A DNA stretch of 64,000 nt from Minisyncoccia bacterium (GTDB lineage Bacteria > Patescibacteriota > Minisyncoccia > Phycocordibacterales > Phycocordibacteraceae), in assembly GCA_038228545.1 (NCBI GenBank), contig JBBRPE010000002.1, forward strand, positions 22,426-86,425, given 5' to 3'. Below the pieces are notes generated by a model. That model saw only the letters and a program-made list of their open reading frames with translations, did not search any database and was not told the DNA's origin. Below are positions 18,649 to 29,060 of the stretch, in pieces (positions within the stretch are counted from its first letter, which is position 1; each line of letters opens with the position of its first letter). The position numbers and the translations under genes are program-made.

Positions 18649-19866
18649 TTAAATCTTCGAGGAAAGGGAGTAAATCGGGGTAATCATCGCGAGTGCAAAT
18701 ATACCGACGGCCACACCAATAACGAGCATGAGCATTGGTTCGATGATGGTCGAGAGATCCTTGGTACGCTCTTCCACATCATTCTCGTAGTACTCGGCAA
18801 CCTGCGAAAGCATATCGGCAACTTTTCCGGTCTCCTCGCCCACAGATATCATGTCAGCAATAAAGAAGGGATACAGCTTGGGATGATTCTCAAAGGCCTT
18901 TGAGAGTGCCTCACCTTTCTTTACGAGTACACCTGCCTCGCCAATAACTTTTCCGAAGACATTATCCCCTACCACCTCTTCTGCGATCTCTATTGCAGAG
19001 AGCATCTCAACGCCGGAAGAAAGGAGCGAGGCGAGTGCACGTGCGGCACGTGCTCCGAACGTTTCTCGCACGAGTTCACCTATGACCGGCAGGTGGAGTG
19101 CCACGGTTAGAATAATTCGCCCGCCTATTTTCGAGTGGGTGAATGCATATATAACACCAAAAAAGACACCGAGAATCACGAACACAAGAGGGGCATTGTG
19201 TGCTGTGAAGTCGGAAGCGCCGATAATAACGCGTGTTGCCAGTGGGAGAGCGACATTAAGAGATTTAAAGGTGGCAGAAAGCGTTGGCACCACATACATA
19301 AGCATGAGAACACCGATGATAAGAATGGCAGAAAGGATAATACCCGGATAAATCATCGCTCCTTTGATTTTCTTCTCGAGCGTAAACGAACGGTCCATCT
19401 GGCGCGCCACCACTTTGAGCGCATCGGCAAGTGTTCCTGATTCTTCCCCCGCCTTTGTCATCGCAATGAAGAGTTTCGAGAAAATCTTGCTGTGTAGCAT
19501 GAGTGCCTCATGGAAGCCGGTGCCTTTTTTCACCTGTTCTTCGAGGTCATTCACTATTTTCTTGAGATTTTTGTTTCTAGACTGACGCTCAATAACCGAA
19601 AGCGCGCGCGAAAGCGTAAGGCCTGCCGCGAGCATGGCTGAAAGATTCTTAGTGAATGTGATGCGCTCTTCGGTCTTGATTCCAGTGCCGATATTGAATG
19701 ACGCGAGTTTGCGAAGTGAAAAGCCCTTCCCTCCCCCCTCTTCTATAGAGAGGACCATTGCGCCCTCTTTTTCAGCATCGCCGTATACCGCAAAGCGTGA
19801 TGGCGCTTCCATCTCGCGTGTCTCTTCGCTTCCATCTTCCTTCTTGAGTTTTACTTTGAATTTCAT
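18649..19866 (-). CDS. pilC: type IV pilus assembly protein PilC / T2SS F family
   Basis: Two GspF repeats, 3 TM segments. Confidence 0.85.
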   Translation of the reverse strand: MKFKVKLKKEDGSEETREMEAPSRFAVYGDAEKEGAMVLSIEEGGGKGFSLRKLASFNIGTGIKTEERITFTKNLSAMLAAGLTLSRALSVIERQSRNKNLKKIVNDLEEQVKKGTGFHEALMLHSKIFSKLFIAMTKAGEESGTLADALKVVARQMDRSFTLEKKIKGAMIYPGIILSAILIIGVLMLMYVVPTLSATFKSLNVALPLATRVIIGASDFTAHNAPLVFVILGVFFGVIYAFTHSKIGGRIILTVALHLPVIGELVRETFGARAARALASLLSSGVEMLSAIEIAEEVVGDNVFGKVIGEAGVLVKKGEALSKAFENHPKLYPFFIADMISVGEETGKVADMLSQVAEYYENDVEERTKDLSTIIEPMLMLVIGVAVGIFALAMITPIYSLSSKI

Positions 19867-19870
19867 AGTG

Positions 19871-21661
19871 TTATCCGTCGTTCACGGCACGCAACACCTC
19901 TTCAAGACTCGTCACACCCTTCGCCGCCTTATAAATACCGTCTTCAAGCATAGTAAGCATGCCTTCTTTACGTGCCTGTGCCTCGAGCTGGTCAGGAGAT
20001 GCGCTATGGAGTATCAGGTCCCGGATAGTAGGAGTAACCGTAAGGATTTCATGGATACCCATACGACTCTTATATCCGTCTTCGCATTCTGCAGATGGCT
20101 TCGGGTGATAAAACGGAATCGAGTCGAGTTTCGCGGTATCTTTCGCAAGTTTTTCGTCCTGAAGCGCCTTCATGGCCGCGTCGAAGTGGTCACTCGTCGC
20201 AACTTTGTCGCGTTCTTTTCCGTCGAGCGTGTATTCTTCCTTGTCGTCACAAAGCCGTCGTGTAAGACGTTGACCAACAATAAGACGAAGCGTCGAAACA
20301 AGAAGGAATGGCTCAACACCCATATCAAGTAGACGCGGAATTGCGCCGACGGCTGAGTTCGTGTGAATAGTTGAAAGCACAATGTGTCCCGTGAGCGCAG
20401 CGTTAATGGCGAGGGACGCTGTTTCGTTATCGCGGATTTCACCAACCATGATGACATTCGGGTCCTGACGAAGAAGCGCGCGTAGTCCGGCGGCAAATGT
20501 CATACCGATTTGCGGGTTCACCTGCGTCTGATTCACCCGCTTCATCTGATACTCAATCGGGTCTTCAATAGTCGAAATGTTCACGTCAGGGCGATTCAAA
20601 ATATCGAGTACGGTATAGAGTGTCGTCGTCTTTCCGGAACCTGTTGGACCTGAAATAAGAATGATTCCCGTCGTAGTCTTGGTAGCTTGATGGATGCGCT
20701 CCAAACTTTCTCCATGAAAGCCAAGGCCTTCGAGCGTGAAGCCCTCCCCTGTTTCGCGCAAAAGACGCATGACGATTTTTTCACCATAGTAGGTCGGCAG
20801 GAGCGATACACGGAACGACACCTTGTCGGCTTCCGTTTCCATTTTGAATCGTCCGTCTTGCGGCAGACGTTTCTCGTCGAGTTTCAGGTTTGCAAGAACT
20901 TTGATGCGCGCGGTAATGCCCGGGCCGGCGTTCTTCGGGAGTGTCATAGCGTCATGCAAAATACCATCAATGCGGTATCGCACGAGTGTGGCTTCCTCCA
21001 TCGGCTCTATGTGGATGTCGGATGCGTCCTGGATGATTGCGTGACGCAGGAGCGTATCCACAATGCGCACGATAGGCAGGTCTTCTGCCATTTTTTTAAG
21101 CTCGTCTCCCGTTACGTCCCCGCCGTCAGCATCCTTAACGAGATTAATCTTCCCCGCCTCAGTCGTAATGAGATCGCCGAATTCTTCTTTGAGAGACTTC
21201 TGATACTGCAAGAGCACGTGCTTAAGTGACTCGTCGTCCGTGAGACGCGGAGCAATTTTCAGACCAGTCTTCTTACGAACGGAATCGATTGCAACCAAGT
21301 CCTGTGTGTCGAGCATGGCGACCTCAAGCTGCGTCGCGTCCTTGCGGAACGCAACAATACTGTGTGTACGTGCTATCGGCTCAGGAATAAGCGAAAGGAC
21401 ATCGAGTGCAATTTTCTTATCTTTCAAATTCACGAACGGGATTCCAAGAACATAGGCCTTAATGCGACGAAGTGCGTCCTGTGTGAGTGCTCCGGATGAT
21501 ACCAGAATGTCACCAATGGATTGTTTTCGCTTCTTTGCTTCTTCGTCTGCAGCCTCCACGTCTTTACGTGGAACAAGCCCCGAGTCGAGGATGAATGTTT
21601 TTAGTTCAGTTTCAGATACCTGCATAGCCGTACGTACTAAAAGTATAACGCGCAACTGCAT
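19871..21661 (-). CDS. pilB: type IV pilus assembly ATPase PilB / GspE family
   Basis: T2SSE N-domain, Walker A GPTGSGKTT, Asp/His boxes. Confidence 0.9.
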   Translation of the reverse strand: MQLRVILLVRTAMQVSETELKTFILDSGLVPRKDVEAADEEAKKRKQSIGDILVSSGALTQDALRRIKAYVLGIPFVNLKDKKIALDVLSLIPEPIARTHSIVAFRKDATQLEVAMLDTQDLVAIDSVRKKTGLKIAPRLTDDESLKHVLLQYQKSLKEEFGDLITTEAGKINLVKDADGGDVTGDELKKMAEDLPIVRIVDTLLRHAIIQDASDIHIEPMEEATLVRYRIDGILHDAMTLPKNAGPGITARIKVLANLKLDEKRLPQDGRFKMETEADKVSFRVSLLPTYYGEKIVMRLLRETGEGFTLEGLGFHGESLERIHQATKTTTGIILISGPTGSGKTTTLYTVLDILNRPDVNISTIEDPIEYQMKRVNQTQVNPQIGMTFAAGLRALLRQDPNVIMVGEIRDNETASLAINAALTGHIVLSTIHTNSAVGAIPRLLDMGVEPFLLVSTLRLIVGQRLTRRLCDDKEEYTLDGKERDKVATSDHFDAAMKALQDEKLAKDTAKLDSIPFYHPKPSAECEDGYKSRMGIHEILTVTPTIRDLILHSASPDQLEAQARKEGMLTMLEDGIYKAAKGVTSLEEVLRAVNDG

Positions 21662-21696
21662 TCACGCGTGTGCGTTATTTTTTTCGCGGGGAAAAG

Positions 21697-21734
21697 AAAA
21701 TACCTACGCACCACCGGTGGTGCGTAGGTATTTT
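21697..21734. terminator. bidirectional intrinsic terminator: perfect 17-bp palindrome AAAATACCTACGCACCACC/GGTGGTGCGTAGGTATTTT
   Basis: A-tract, perfect stem, T-tract; follows small minus-strand ORF and precedes pilB start. Confidence 0.6.
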
Positions 21735-21754
21735 CGTCTCACGTCCTTTGACGG

Positions 21755-21946
21755 TTAGTTCCTGGCGGCAGCGACATGGTGTTGTGACTGCCTGTGACTG
21801 ACCGAGTAGGTGATGCCGAGGCCGATGATGATGAACACCACCACGAAAGCAGCGAGGATGCGTCTGAACGCAGGGTCGCGCAGCCACAGACGTTCCTCGT
21901 CTGACTTTGACGGTTGTGGGTCGTGGCGAACAGGAAGTGGCGACAT
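21755..21946 (-). CDS. small single-pass membrane protein (63 aa)
   Basis: Hydrophobic helix AAFVVVFIIIGLGITY; ends 20 nt before the strong terminator. Confidence 0.35.
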   Translation of the reverse strand: MSPLPVRHDPQPSKSDEERLWLRDPAFRRILAAFVVVFIIIGLGITYSVSHRQSQHHVAAARN

Positions 21947-22198
21947 GAGAATCCTTCTCCAAGAAGTATGAGACGACGCAAAGAACTACTGTTCTGCGTC
22001 GCTCAAGGGGTTTCCACTGAGTGCGCAAAGCACATTACTGAATAACTATACGTATATATAGCGTATAGTCAATATTTCCGCATTCCCCGAATTGACTACC
22101 TACACCTATATATGGTAGATTTGGGCTATCTGATATGTCCGCACCCGCGGGCATTTCTTTATAAAATGGGCGTGTGCGAACAATTAAATATCGGAAGT

Positions 22199-23599
22199 AT
22201 GTTGGATCTCAAAACAATCAACCTGGTGCTCGGCGAGTTTGAAGAGCGTGGAATCACAAAAGAAGTCATGGTTGATGCTATCGAAAGCGCCATGGCGACT
22301 GCCTACAAGAAGGAATACGGAAAGCGCGGCCAAGTGGTCCGTGGCAAACTTGATATGAATTCAGGCACCGTCACCTTTGAGCAGATTAAGACCGTTGTGG
22401 ACGACACCATGGTTCGTTTCCCCGAGGAAGGCGAAGAGATTGATGAACTTCCAGCGCATCATCCGCACCACGATCGTGAGGAGGTGGTCGCCGAGGGCGA
22501 ACTTCCTCGCTACGACGCTGAGAAGCATATGCTTATTGATGACGCGCGTCGCATCAAGAACGCAGTAGCACTCGGTGACGAAATCATCTTCCCTCTCGAG
22601 CCGCAGGACGACTTCGGCCGCATTGCTGCGCAGACGGCAAAGCAAGTGGTTATCCAGAAAATTCGCGAAGCGGAGAAGCTCTCTATTCTCGATGAATTCG
22701 GCCACAAGAAAGGTGAAATCGTTTCCGGTGTAGTGCAACGCGTTGAACGCGGCGCTATTTTTATCGATCTTGGCCGTGCGACCGGCATCATTCCGTACGA
22801 GGAACAGATTCCCGGCGAACGGTATCGTCCAGGTGAGCGCATCCGTGCGTATCTCTACGCTGTAGATGAGGGATTCCGTGGAGTCTATCTTCGCCTTTCT
22901 CGTAGCCATCCTCGTTTCGTTATTAAACTCTTCGAAATGGAAGCTCCTGAACTCGCTTCAGGCGCTATTGAAGTGAAGGGTCTTGCACGCGAGCCAGGAA
23001 GCCGCACGAAGATTGCTATCTTGTCAGTTGATTCGCACGTTGATCCCGTCGGTTCACTCGTGGGCCAGAGGGGTGTACGTGTTTCGACCGTTATGAGCGA
23101 ACTCGGCGGCGAGCGCATCGACATCATTGAATGGTCCGAGGACCAAACCAACTTCATCAAGGAAGCTCTCTCTCCTGCTTCCGTTTTGAGTGTTGAGCTT
23201 GATGAAGCAGACCACCGTGCAAAAGTAACCGTGTCCGATGATCAGCAGTCCCTTGCCATTGGACGCGGAGGACAGAATGTACGACTTGCGGCAAAACTCA
23301 CAGGCTGGAACATCGACATCAACTCGACAGGTGGAGCTACGGGAAGCGCGTCTCCTGCAATCGAAGCGCCTGAAGGTGCTAGCGATGAAAGCGTTGCGGA
23401 GATTGAGGCTGAGGACCAGGACCCTGCAATTGCTGCCGGTATCGACCCAACGGAAACAGAGTCGACGGTCACTGAGGATGATGCTCAGAACAATACTCTT
23501 CCTGCTGAAGAAGAAAGTACCCTTTCCGAGAATGTATCTATCGCTGATTCACAGGAGTCTCGCGACGAGTCTTCTGAAAGCGTTGCTGATAACGCATAA
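22199..23599 (+). CDS. nusA: transcription termination/antitermination factor NusA with acidic C-terminal extension
   Basis: NusA N-domain, S1, two KH domains; start set to MLDLKTINLV (RBS GGAAG). Confidence 0.9.
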   Translation: MLDLKTINLVLGEFEERGITKEVMVDAIESAMATAYKKEYGKRGQVVRGKLDMNSGTVTFEQIKTVVDDTMVRFPEEGEEIDELPAHHPHHDREEVVAEGELPRYDAEKHMLIDDARRIKNAVALGDEIIFPLEPQDDFGRIAAQTAKQVVIQKIREAEKLSILDEFGHKKGEIVSGVVQRVERGAIFIDLGRATGIIPYEEQIPGERYRPGERIRAYLYAVDEGFRGVYLRLSRSHPRFVIKLFEMEAPELASGAIEVKGLAREPGSRTKIAILSVDSHVDPVGSLVGQRGVRVSTVMSELGGERIDIIEWSEDQTNFIKEALSPASVLSVELDEADHRAKVTVSDDQQSLAIGRGGQNVRLAAKLTGWNIDINSTGGATGSASPAIEAPEGASDESVAEIEAEDQDPAIAAGIDPTETESTVTEDDAQNNTLPAEEESTLSENVSIADSQESRDESSESVADNA

Positions 23600-24126
23600 T
23601 GACGCGTATGAATCTTCTACACGACATTGCTCCAGGAACGGCTGATGAGATGAACGTTATCGTGGAAATCAATAAGGGCTCGAAGAATAAGTACGAAATA
23701 GACAAGGAAACGGGCATGATTGCGCTCGACCGCGTCATGCATAGCGCGCAGGACTATCCATTCGATTATGGCTTCGTTCCACAGACGCTCTGGGACGACG
23801 GTGACGCGCTCGACGTTGTGCTCCTCACTACGTATCCGCTCTTCCCGGGATTACTCGTACGCGCTCGCCCGGTCGGCATCATGCATATGATTGACGGCGG
23901 TGAAGCTGACGAGAAAGTTATCGCTGTTCCGGTGGACGACCCGCGTTTCAAGGAAGTGCAGGACCTGAAGGATGTGAATTCTCATACCCTTAAGGAAATC
24001 TCTCACTTCTTTGCAACCTACAAGCAGATTCAAAACAAGGCGGTGGAAGTCGGCGAGTTCGAAGACGCTGCCGCTGCTAAGGCCGCATTCGCACGGGGTG
24101 TACAACTCTACGCCGACAAGAAATAA
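23599..24126 (+). CDS. ppa: inorganic pyrophosphatase (family I)
   Basis: EINKGSKNKYEIDKETG...DGDALDV motifs. Confidence 0.9.
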   Translation: MTRMNLLHDIAPGTADEMNVIVEINKGSKNKYEIDKETGMIALDRVMHSAQDYPFDYGFVPQTLWDDGDALDVVLLTTYPLFPGLLVRARPVGIMHMIDGGEADEKVIAVPVDDPRFKEVQDLKDVNSHTLKEISHFFATYKQIQNKAVEVGEFEDAAAAKAAFARGVQLYADKK

Positions 24127-24136
24127 TATGTGCAGA

Positions 24137-24173
24137 GGAAACAGCCCCGAGACAAAAGTCTCGGGGCTGTTTC
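24137..24173. terminator. hairpin GGAAACAGCCCCGAGAC-AAAA-GTCTCGGGGCTGTTTCC after ppa
   Basis: Perfect 17-bp inverted repeat. Confidence 0.5.
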
Positions 24174-24218
24174 CATATCCCCTTTCCTCATACAGGCGCC
24201 CGGACATATACTGAAGCT

Positions 24219-24437
24219 ATGGATATGACACCAAGTGTTGAAGAGGACAGCAACGACACACCTATTCCGGTCATTGCTCCGTCGCCCGTACCACCCACAC
24301 ATGAGAAAGGGTCGGCAGGAAGCGTCATTGCGATTCTTCTTATCGTCGCGCTTTTGGTATTCGGTGCGTTCTATGTGTGGGGCCAGCGTCTCTCGGAACA
24401 GCACGCGGACCAAGTCGTACGGGCTGTCGGCCAATAA
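24219..24437 (+). CDS. small membrane protein (72 aa, Pro-rich N-terminus, one TM)
   Basis: Hydrophobic helix SVIAILLIVALLVFGAFYVW; between two terminators/genes. Confidence 0.35.
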   Translation: MDMTPSVEEDSNDTPIPVIAPSPVPPTHEKGSAGSVIAILLIVALLVFGAFYVWGQRLSEQHADQVVRAVGQ

Positions 24438-24498
24438 TCGCTCGCGTGCGAAGCCGTTGGCTTTTTGGTACCATGCCCTCACCTAACGCCTCTTTCGT

Positions 24499-25107
24499 AT
24501 GAAAAAAAATTCAATCCCAAGCGCATCCATGCTCGTCCCGATGGTTATCGAGAAATCTCAGTTCGGTGAGCGTGCCTATGACATTTACTCCCGTCTACTC
24601 CGCGAACGCATCATTTTCCTCGGCGGAGGCATCGATGATGACAGTGCAAACCTCATCATTTCGCAACTTCTCTTCCTTGAAGCTGAAGACCCGAAGAAAG
24701 ACATCTATCTCTACGTAAACTCTCCAGGTGGTCATGTGCACTCTGGTCTCGCTATCGTTGACGCCATGAATCACATCAAGCCTGACGTCGCGACCGTCGC
24801 TATGGGCATGGCCGCTTCGATGGGCTCTATCATTCTTGCCTCCGGAGCCAAGGGAAAGCGATTCGCACTCCCGAATGCGGATATCATGATTCACCAGCCG
24901 CACGGTGGAGCTGAAGGCCAAGCTGCCGATATCGAAATCAGCGCGAAGCGCATCCTCTCTCTACGCGACCGTCTTAATAAGATTCTCGCAAAGACCACGG
25001 GCCAGGAGCTCTCGAAGATTGAACGTGATGTCGATCGTGACTTCTTCCTCACTGCTGACGAAGCGAAGAAATACGGCATTGTGGACGTCGTCTACAAGAC
25101 TCGTTAG
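24499..25107 (+). CDS. clpP: ATP-dependent Clp protease proteolytic subunit
   Basis: Ser-His-Asp triad context ([11 protein letters not shown]), full length. Confidence 0.9.
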   Translation: MKKNSIPSASMLVPMVIEKSQFGERAYDIYSRLLRERIIFLGGGIDDDSANLIISQLLFLEAEDPKKDIYLYVNSPGGHVHSGLAIVDAMNHIKPDVATVAMGMAASMGSIILASGAKGKRFALPNADIMIHQPHGGAEGQAADIEISAKRILSLRDRLNKILAKTTGQELSKIERDVDRDFFLTADEAKKYGIVDVVYKTR

Positions 25108-25120
25108 GTGTTTTTATGGG

Positions 25121-25152
25121 AAAACGGCCGCAACAGCGGCCGTTTTCCTTTT
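25121..25152 (+). terminator. intrinsic terminator AAAACGGCCGC-AACA-GCGGCCGTTTT + CCTTTT
   Basis: Stem-loop + T-tract after clpP. Confidence 0.6.
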
Positions 25153-25266
25153 GTGATAGGCTGTTTTTGTACCGTTACGATTGAACGACAGACTACTACT
25201 GAATTCCTGTTTTCCCTTTGAAATCGATTTAATCCGCTTCCTTTCGGGGACTGCGGCACACTGTGT

Positions 25267-26796
25267 ATGTCTATAAAACTGATACTGAGTTTACTCGCAC
25301 TTTCCGGCCTTGCCGGTATAGCGCTCGGCTACGTGCTTCGTCTTCTCATCGCGCTTGGCCAGCGTGGCTCGCTCGAACTCGAAATCAAGCAGCAAATGCT
25401 TGAGGCTAAAGAGCGTGCCAATAAAATTCTTACTGAAGCGGAAGACCGAGCAGAGAAGGCAGTTGAGGAACTCGAACGTCCACTCAAAGAACGTGAGGAC
25501 ACTATCCGCAAAACTACTGAACGCCTCGGCAAGCGCGAGGAATTTCTGGATGAACGCGAACGAGCTATCGCAGACGAGGTCGAGGACGTAAAAAACAGAG
25601 AGAACGAAGCGGCAAATGTGAAGCGTGAAGCAGAGAAGCTTCGTGACGAGCGCCGTCTTGAACTTGTGCGTCTCGGTCGTCTTTCGGAAACCGAAGCGAA
25701 AGATGCCCTTATGAAGGACCTTGAGGAAAGTCAGTCTGAGGCACTTCTTGCCAGGCTTCAGAAGCTTGAGGCACACGGACGCACCCAGCTCGAAGAAAAG
25801 GCTCGTTCGATTCTACTTTCGAGTATTCACCGCATGGCAGCTAGTGTAAGCAATGAAGTTATGACGCTTTCAGTCGCCATTCCGTCTGAAGAGATAAAAG
25901 GAAAAGTTATCGGCAAAGAAGGCCGTAACATTAAGGCATTTGAACGTGCCACTGGTGTCGACGTCATCATAGATGATGCTCCTGACAAGATTACACTCTC
26001 TTCGTTTGACCCGCTTCGTCGCCACATCGCCAAGATTGCTCTTGAGCAGTTGATCCAGGATGGACGCATACAACCAACGAAGATTGAGGAAGTTGTTGAA
26101 AAGACACGCCAGAACGTAAACGATATGGTGAAACAAAAGGGTGAAGAAGCGGCCTACGAAGTGGGTGTAGCGGGTCTTGACCCCCGCCTTATTACCCTTT
26201 TGGGTCGCCTCTACTTCCGTACGAGCTACGGCCAGAACGTACTTCAGCATTCAGTTGAGATGGCACACCTGGCTGGAATGCTTGCTGACCAGCTCGGCGC
26301 AGATGCTGACGTCGCCCGCACCGGTGCACTGCTTCATGACATCGGTAAGGCTGTTGACCACGAAGTGCAGGGTACACACGTTGAGATTGGACGGCGTATT
26401 CTGGAGAAATTCGGCATCGGGAAGCCGGTTATCCAAGCAATGCAATCGCATCACGAGGAATATCCGTATGAAACGCCGGAATCTATAATCGTACAGGTTG
26501 CAGATGCTATCTCAGCAGGTCGTCCTGGAGCACGTCGCGACACCGTGGAGCGCTATCTTGAGCGTCTTGGGGACCTTGAGCGCATTGCAAGTGGTTTCGA
26601 AGGTGTAGAAAAGACGTATGCGATACAGGCCGGCCGTGAGATTCGCATTTTTGTGAATCCAGGCAAGGTGTCAGACCTTGCTATGCATAAACTCGCTCGT
26701 GACATTGCTGAGCGTGTGCAAAAAGAGCTTAAATACCCTGGAGAAATAAAAGTTAACGTTATTCGCGAGAACAGAGTCGTCGAATTCGCCCGGTAA
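25267..26796 (+). CDS. rny: ribonuclease Y
   Basis: N-terminal TM, coiled coil, KH domain, HD domain (HDIGKA). Confidence 0.9.
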   Translation: MSIKLILSLLALSGLAGIALGYVLRLLIALGQRGSLELEIKQQMLEAKERANKILTEAEDRAEKAVEELERPLKEREDTIRKTTERLGKREEFLDERERAIADEVEDVKNRENEAANVKREAEKLRDERRLELVRLGRLSETEAKDALMKDLEESQSEALLARLQKLEAHGRTQLEEKARSILLSSIHRMAASVSNEVMTLSVAIPSEEIKGKVIGKEGRNIKAFERATGVDVIIDDAPDKITLSSFDPLRRHIAKIALEQLIQDGRIQPTKIEEVVEKTRQNVNDMVKQKGEEAAYEVGVAGLDPRLITLLGRLYFRTSYGQNVLQHSVEMAHLAGMLADQLGADADVARTGALLHDIGKAVDHEVQGTHVEIGRRILEKFGIGKPVIQAMQSHHEEYPYETPESIIVQVADAISAGRPGARRDTVERYLERLGDLERIASGFEGVEKTYAIQAGREIRIFVNPGKVSDLAMHKLARDIAERVQKELKYPGEIKVNVIRENRVVEFAR

Positions 26797-26813
26797 TATA
26801 TTCTGAGAACATC

Positions 26814-26850
26814 GAAGCGCCCCTCCTTTCGTGGGGCGCTTTCGTGTTTG
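26814..26850 (+). terminator. intrinsic terminator GAAGCGCCCC...GGGGCGCTTTC + GTGTTTG
   Basis: Stem-loop + T-rich tail after rny. Confidence 0.5.
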
Positions 26851-27066
26851 CGTGGTGAGCACGATTCTTATTCCTCGCGGTCGACAGTCGGTCGCTTATG
26901 ACTGCCGTACACACATAAATCTATATACGCGCAGAGCGCCTTTTGCCACCAGACGGGGCCGAGAAACCAGGGATACTCAGGATCATAGAAAGAAAACACG
27001 GCTGTACTCCTTCTGCTACAGATAAGTATAGGTCTGCTTGTGAATTGGTTATGCCGTTATCCTCTT

Positions 27067-27355
27067 CTACGCGGCTTCTTTGCCTTCGACCAGTTCGAAT
27101 AAGTGCTGCAACTCCGGATACAGCTCGTCGTACTGTTCTTGGCTAATTACCCGTTCTTTAAGGGCCTTCGAAAGGTCGTCAAAAACTACTTGAAACTCGT
27201 ACCGTGCCAATCCTTCCTGCCCATTAGCGATGCGTTGCGTGACATCAGCGATACCTTCCTTGACTGATTCAATAGCTTTTTGGGCCTCTATTTGCTTATG
27301 TTCTAAGGAATTGTGTGCGTTCGCGTGAGCATCGAGCCGGTGTCCTTCAGTCATA
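27067..27355 (-). CDS. hypothetical small acidic helical protein
   Basis: ORF only; start trimmed to MTEGHRLD; no recognised motif. Confidence 0.25.
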
Positions 27356-27416
27356 GGGTCAGTATGGGTCTCAAAAAACCCTGAAAATACGCTATCCCCA
27401 GGTATTTCCTGCCCTA

Positions 27417-27444
27417 TTGCACAATATGGCTCATTTCCTATACT
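27417..27444 (+). promoter_or_regulatory. candidate sigma-70 promoter for hup: TTGCAC-16 nt-TATACT
   Basis: Hexamers read directly; followed by ~70-nt structured leader. Confidence 0.3.
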
Positions 27445-27515
27445 TTTTGGGTAGCCCTCCATCGGGGCTGTGCGCCCCGAAAGGGATTAACCCTCATTGT
27501 TTACAAAACAATTCT

Positions 27516-27788
27516 ATGAACAAAGCAGATATCGTAACGAAGGTGCAGGACGTTCTTGGTGGTACGAAGGCAGACGCAGACCGCGCTGTTGAGACCGTTA
27601 TCGAAGCAATCACGTCAGGCCTCAAGGGTGGTGACGAAGTATCGATTGCAGGACTTGGTATCTTCCAGGCAAAGGCTCGCCCAGCTCGTACTGGTCGCAA
27701 CCCACGCACAGGAGAGACTATCAAGATTGCAGCTACTCGCACACCAAAGTTCCGCGCTGCTAAGGCACTTAAGGACGCTGTAAAGTAA
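27516..27788 (+). CDS. hup: DNA-binding protein HU
   Basis: MNKADIV...GFGIFQAKARPARTGRNPRTGE (HU arm), 90 aa. Confidence 0.85.
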   Translation: MNKADIVTKVQDVLGGTKADADRAVETVIEAITSGLKGGDEVSIAGLGIFQAKARPARTGRNPRTGETIKIAATRTPKFRAAKALKDAVK

Positions 27789-27804
27789 TCTTCAGTTTTC
27801 TTTG

Positions 27805-27840
27805 AAAACACCCCGCTTCTGCGGGGTGTTTTCATTTATT
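27805..27840. terminator. bidirectional terminator AAAACACCCCGC-TTCT-GCGGGGTGTTTT between hup and rarA
   Basis: Perfect 12-bp stem flanked by A- and T-tracts. Confidence 0.6.
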
Positions 27841-29005
27841 CCTTCGTTTTCTTAGTCGAACGCTTTGGAAAGTAGGAATGCTTCTGTATTTTCTCGGGAA
27901 GATAGCTTTCTTCGTCGTATTTCTTATAGCCTTTGCCGTAGCCCAAGTCTTTCATGAGTTTTGTGGGTGCGTTCCGTATATTCATAGGCACCTTGAGGTT
28001 TCCAAAAGCTTTCACGTCCTCTTGAGACTTACCGAGAGCATCCGTAACTGAACGGTCCTTTGCGGCGTTCGCAAGATACGCAACGCCATGTGCGAGATTG
28101 AGTGAGCATTCAGGATAGCCAATCGTTTCGCATGCGCGAAAGACCGCATTGGCGACAACGAGCGCAGTGGGCTGAGCGAGGCCCACATCTTCGGAAGCAA
28201 AGATAACCATACGTCGAGCAATGAAAAGTGGGTCTTCCCCAGCTTCTATCATACGAGCGAGGTAATACATGGCCGCATCCGGCTGCGAAGCACGCATGCT
28301 TTTTATAAACGCACTTATGATGTCGTAGTGCTCCTCTCCTTTTTTGTCGTAGCGCAGATGCGGCGACTCAAGCGATTTATTTAAATTCGTGACGGTAATC
28401 TTCTTTCCATACAGTGCGATAGCGCCCTCAAGCATGCCAAGTGCCTTACGTGCGTCGCCATTGGCGTAGCCCATAAGCCACTCAAACGCCCCGTCACCGA
28501 GCGTAACCTCAGCACGCGCTACGATGGCTCGTAGTGCTTCTTCCGAGAGTGGTTCAAGTACGAATACACGACTGCGAGAAAGGAGCGCAGGAATAACTTC
28601 AAACGATGGGTTCTCCGTCGTTGCTCCAATGAGCGTGAGTTCGCCGCTTTCTACATACGGCAACAGAAAATCTTGCTGTGCTTTATTAAAACGGTGTATC
28701 TCGTCGAGAAATAGGAGTTTCGGTTTAAATTCGAGCGTTTTGTTCTTTGAATCACCAAGTATTTTGCGTATATCGTCCTTACTTGCAGAGACTGCAGAGA
28801 GTTCAAAAAGTTCCGCATCTAACGCGCGAGCATAAATGCGAGCAATGGTCGTCTTTCCCGTCCCGGGCGGGCCCCAAAGAATAAACGAGAAAAGATGTTT
28901 CTTCTCTATGGCCACACGTAGCGGCTTCCCCTTCCCCACCAGATGCTCCTGTCCGACCACGTCGTCGATATTCGTAGGTCGTATGCGGTTAGCGAGAGGC
29001 TCCAT
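27836..29005 (-). CDS. rarA: replication-associated recombination protein A (AAA+ ATPase RarA/MgsA)
   Basis: Walker [10 protein letters not shown], Walker B LFLDEIHRF, MgsA C-terminal domains. Confidence 0.9.
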   Translation of the reverse strand: MEPLANRIRPTNIDDVVGQEHLVGKGKPLRVAIEKKHLFSFILWGPPGTGKTTIARIYARALDAELFELSAVSASKDDIRKILGDSKNKTLEFKPKLLFLDEIHRFNKAQQDFLLPYVESGELTLIGATTENPSFEVIPALLSRSRVFVLEPLSEEALRAIVARAEVTLGDGAFEWLMGYANGDARKALGMLEGAIALYGKKITVTNLNKSLESPHLRYDKKGEEHYDIISAFIKSMRASQPDAAMYYLARMIEAGEDPLFIARRMVIFASEDVGLAQPTALVVANAVFRACETIGYPECSLNLAHGVAYLANAAKDRSVTDALGKSQEDVKAFGNLKVPMNIRNAPTKLMKDLGYGKGYKKYDEESYLPEKIQKHSYFPKRSTKKTKE

Positions 29006-29037
29006 ACAAAAATTCTACGCTTCTCTACATAAAGTGA

Positions 29038-29060
29038 AAGCGCGGTCAGAGACCGCGCTT
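29038..29060 (-). terminator. hairpin AAGCGCGGTC-AGA-GACCGCGCTT at 3' end of small-gene array (upstream of rarA)
   Basis: Perfect 10-bp stem; moderately U-rich downstream on minus strand. Confidence 0.4.

Noticed and set aside
21950-22198. N-terminal extension of nusA ORF from 22112 (MVDLGYLICPHPRAFLYKMGVCEQLNIGS)
   Set aside because: The extension is not NusA-like. It lies in an AT-rich promoter region. The internal ATG at 22199 gives the canonical NusA N-terminus with a GGAAG SD.
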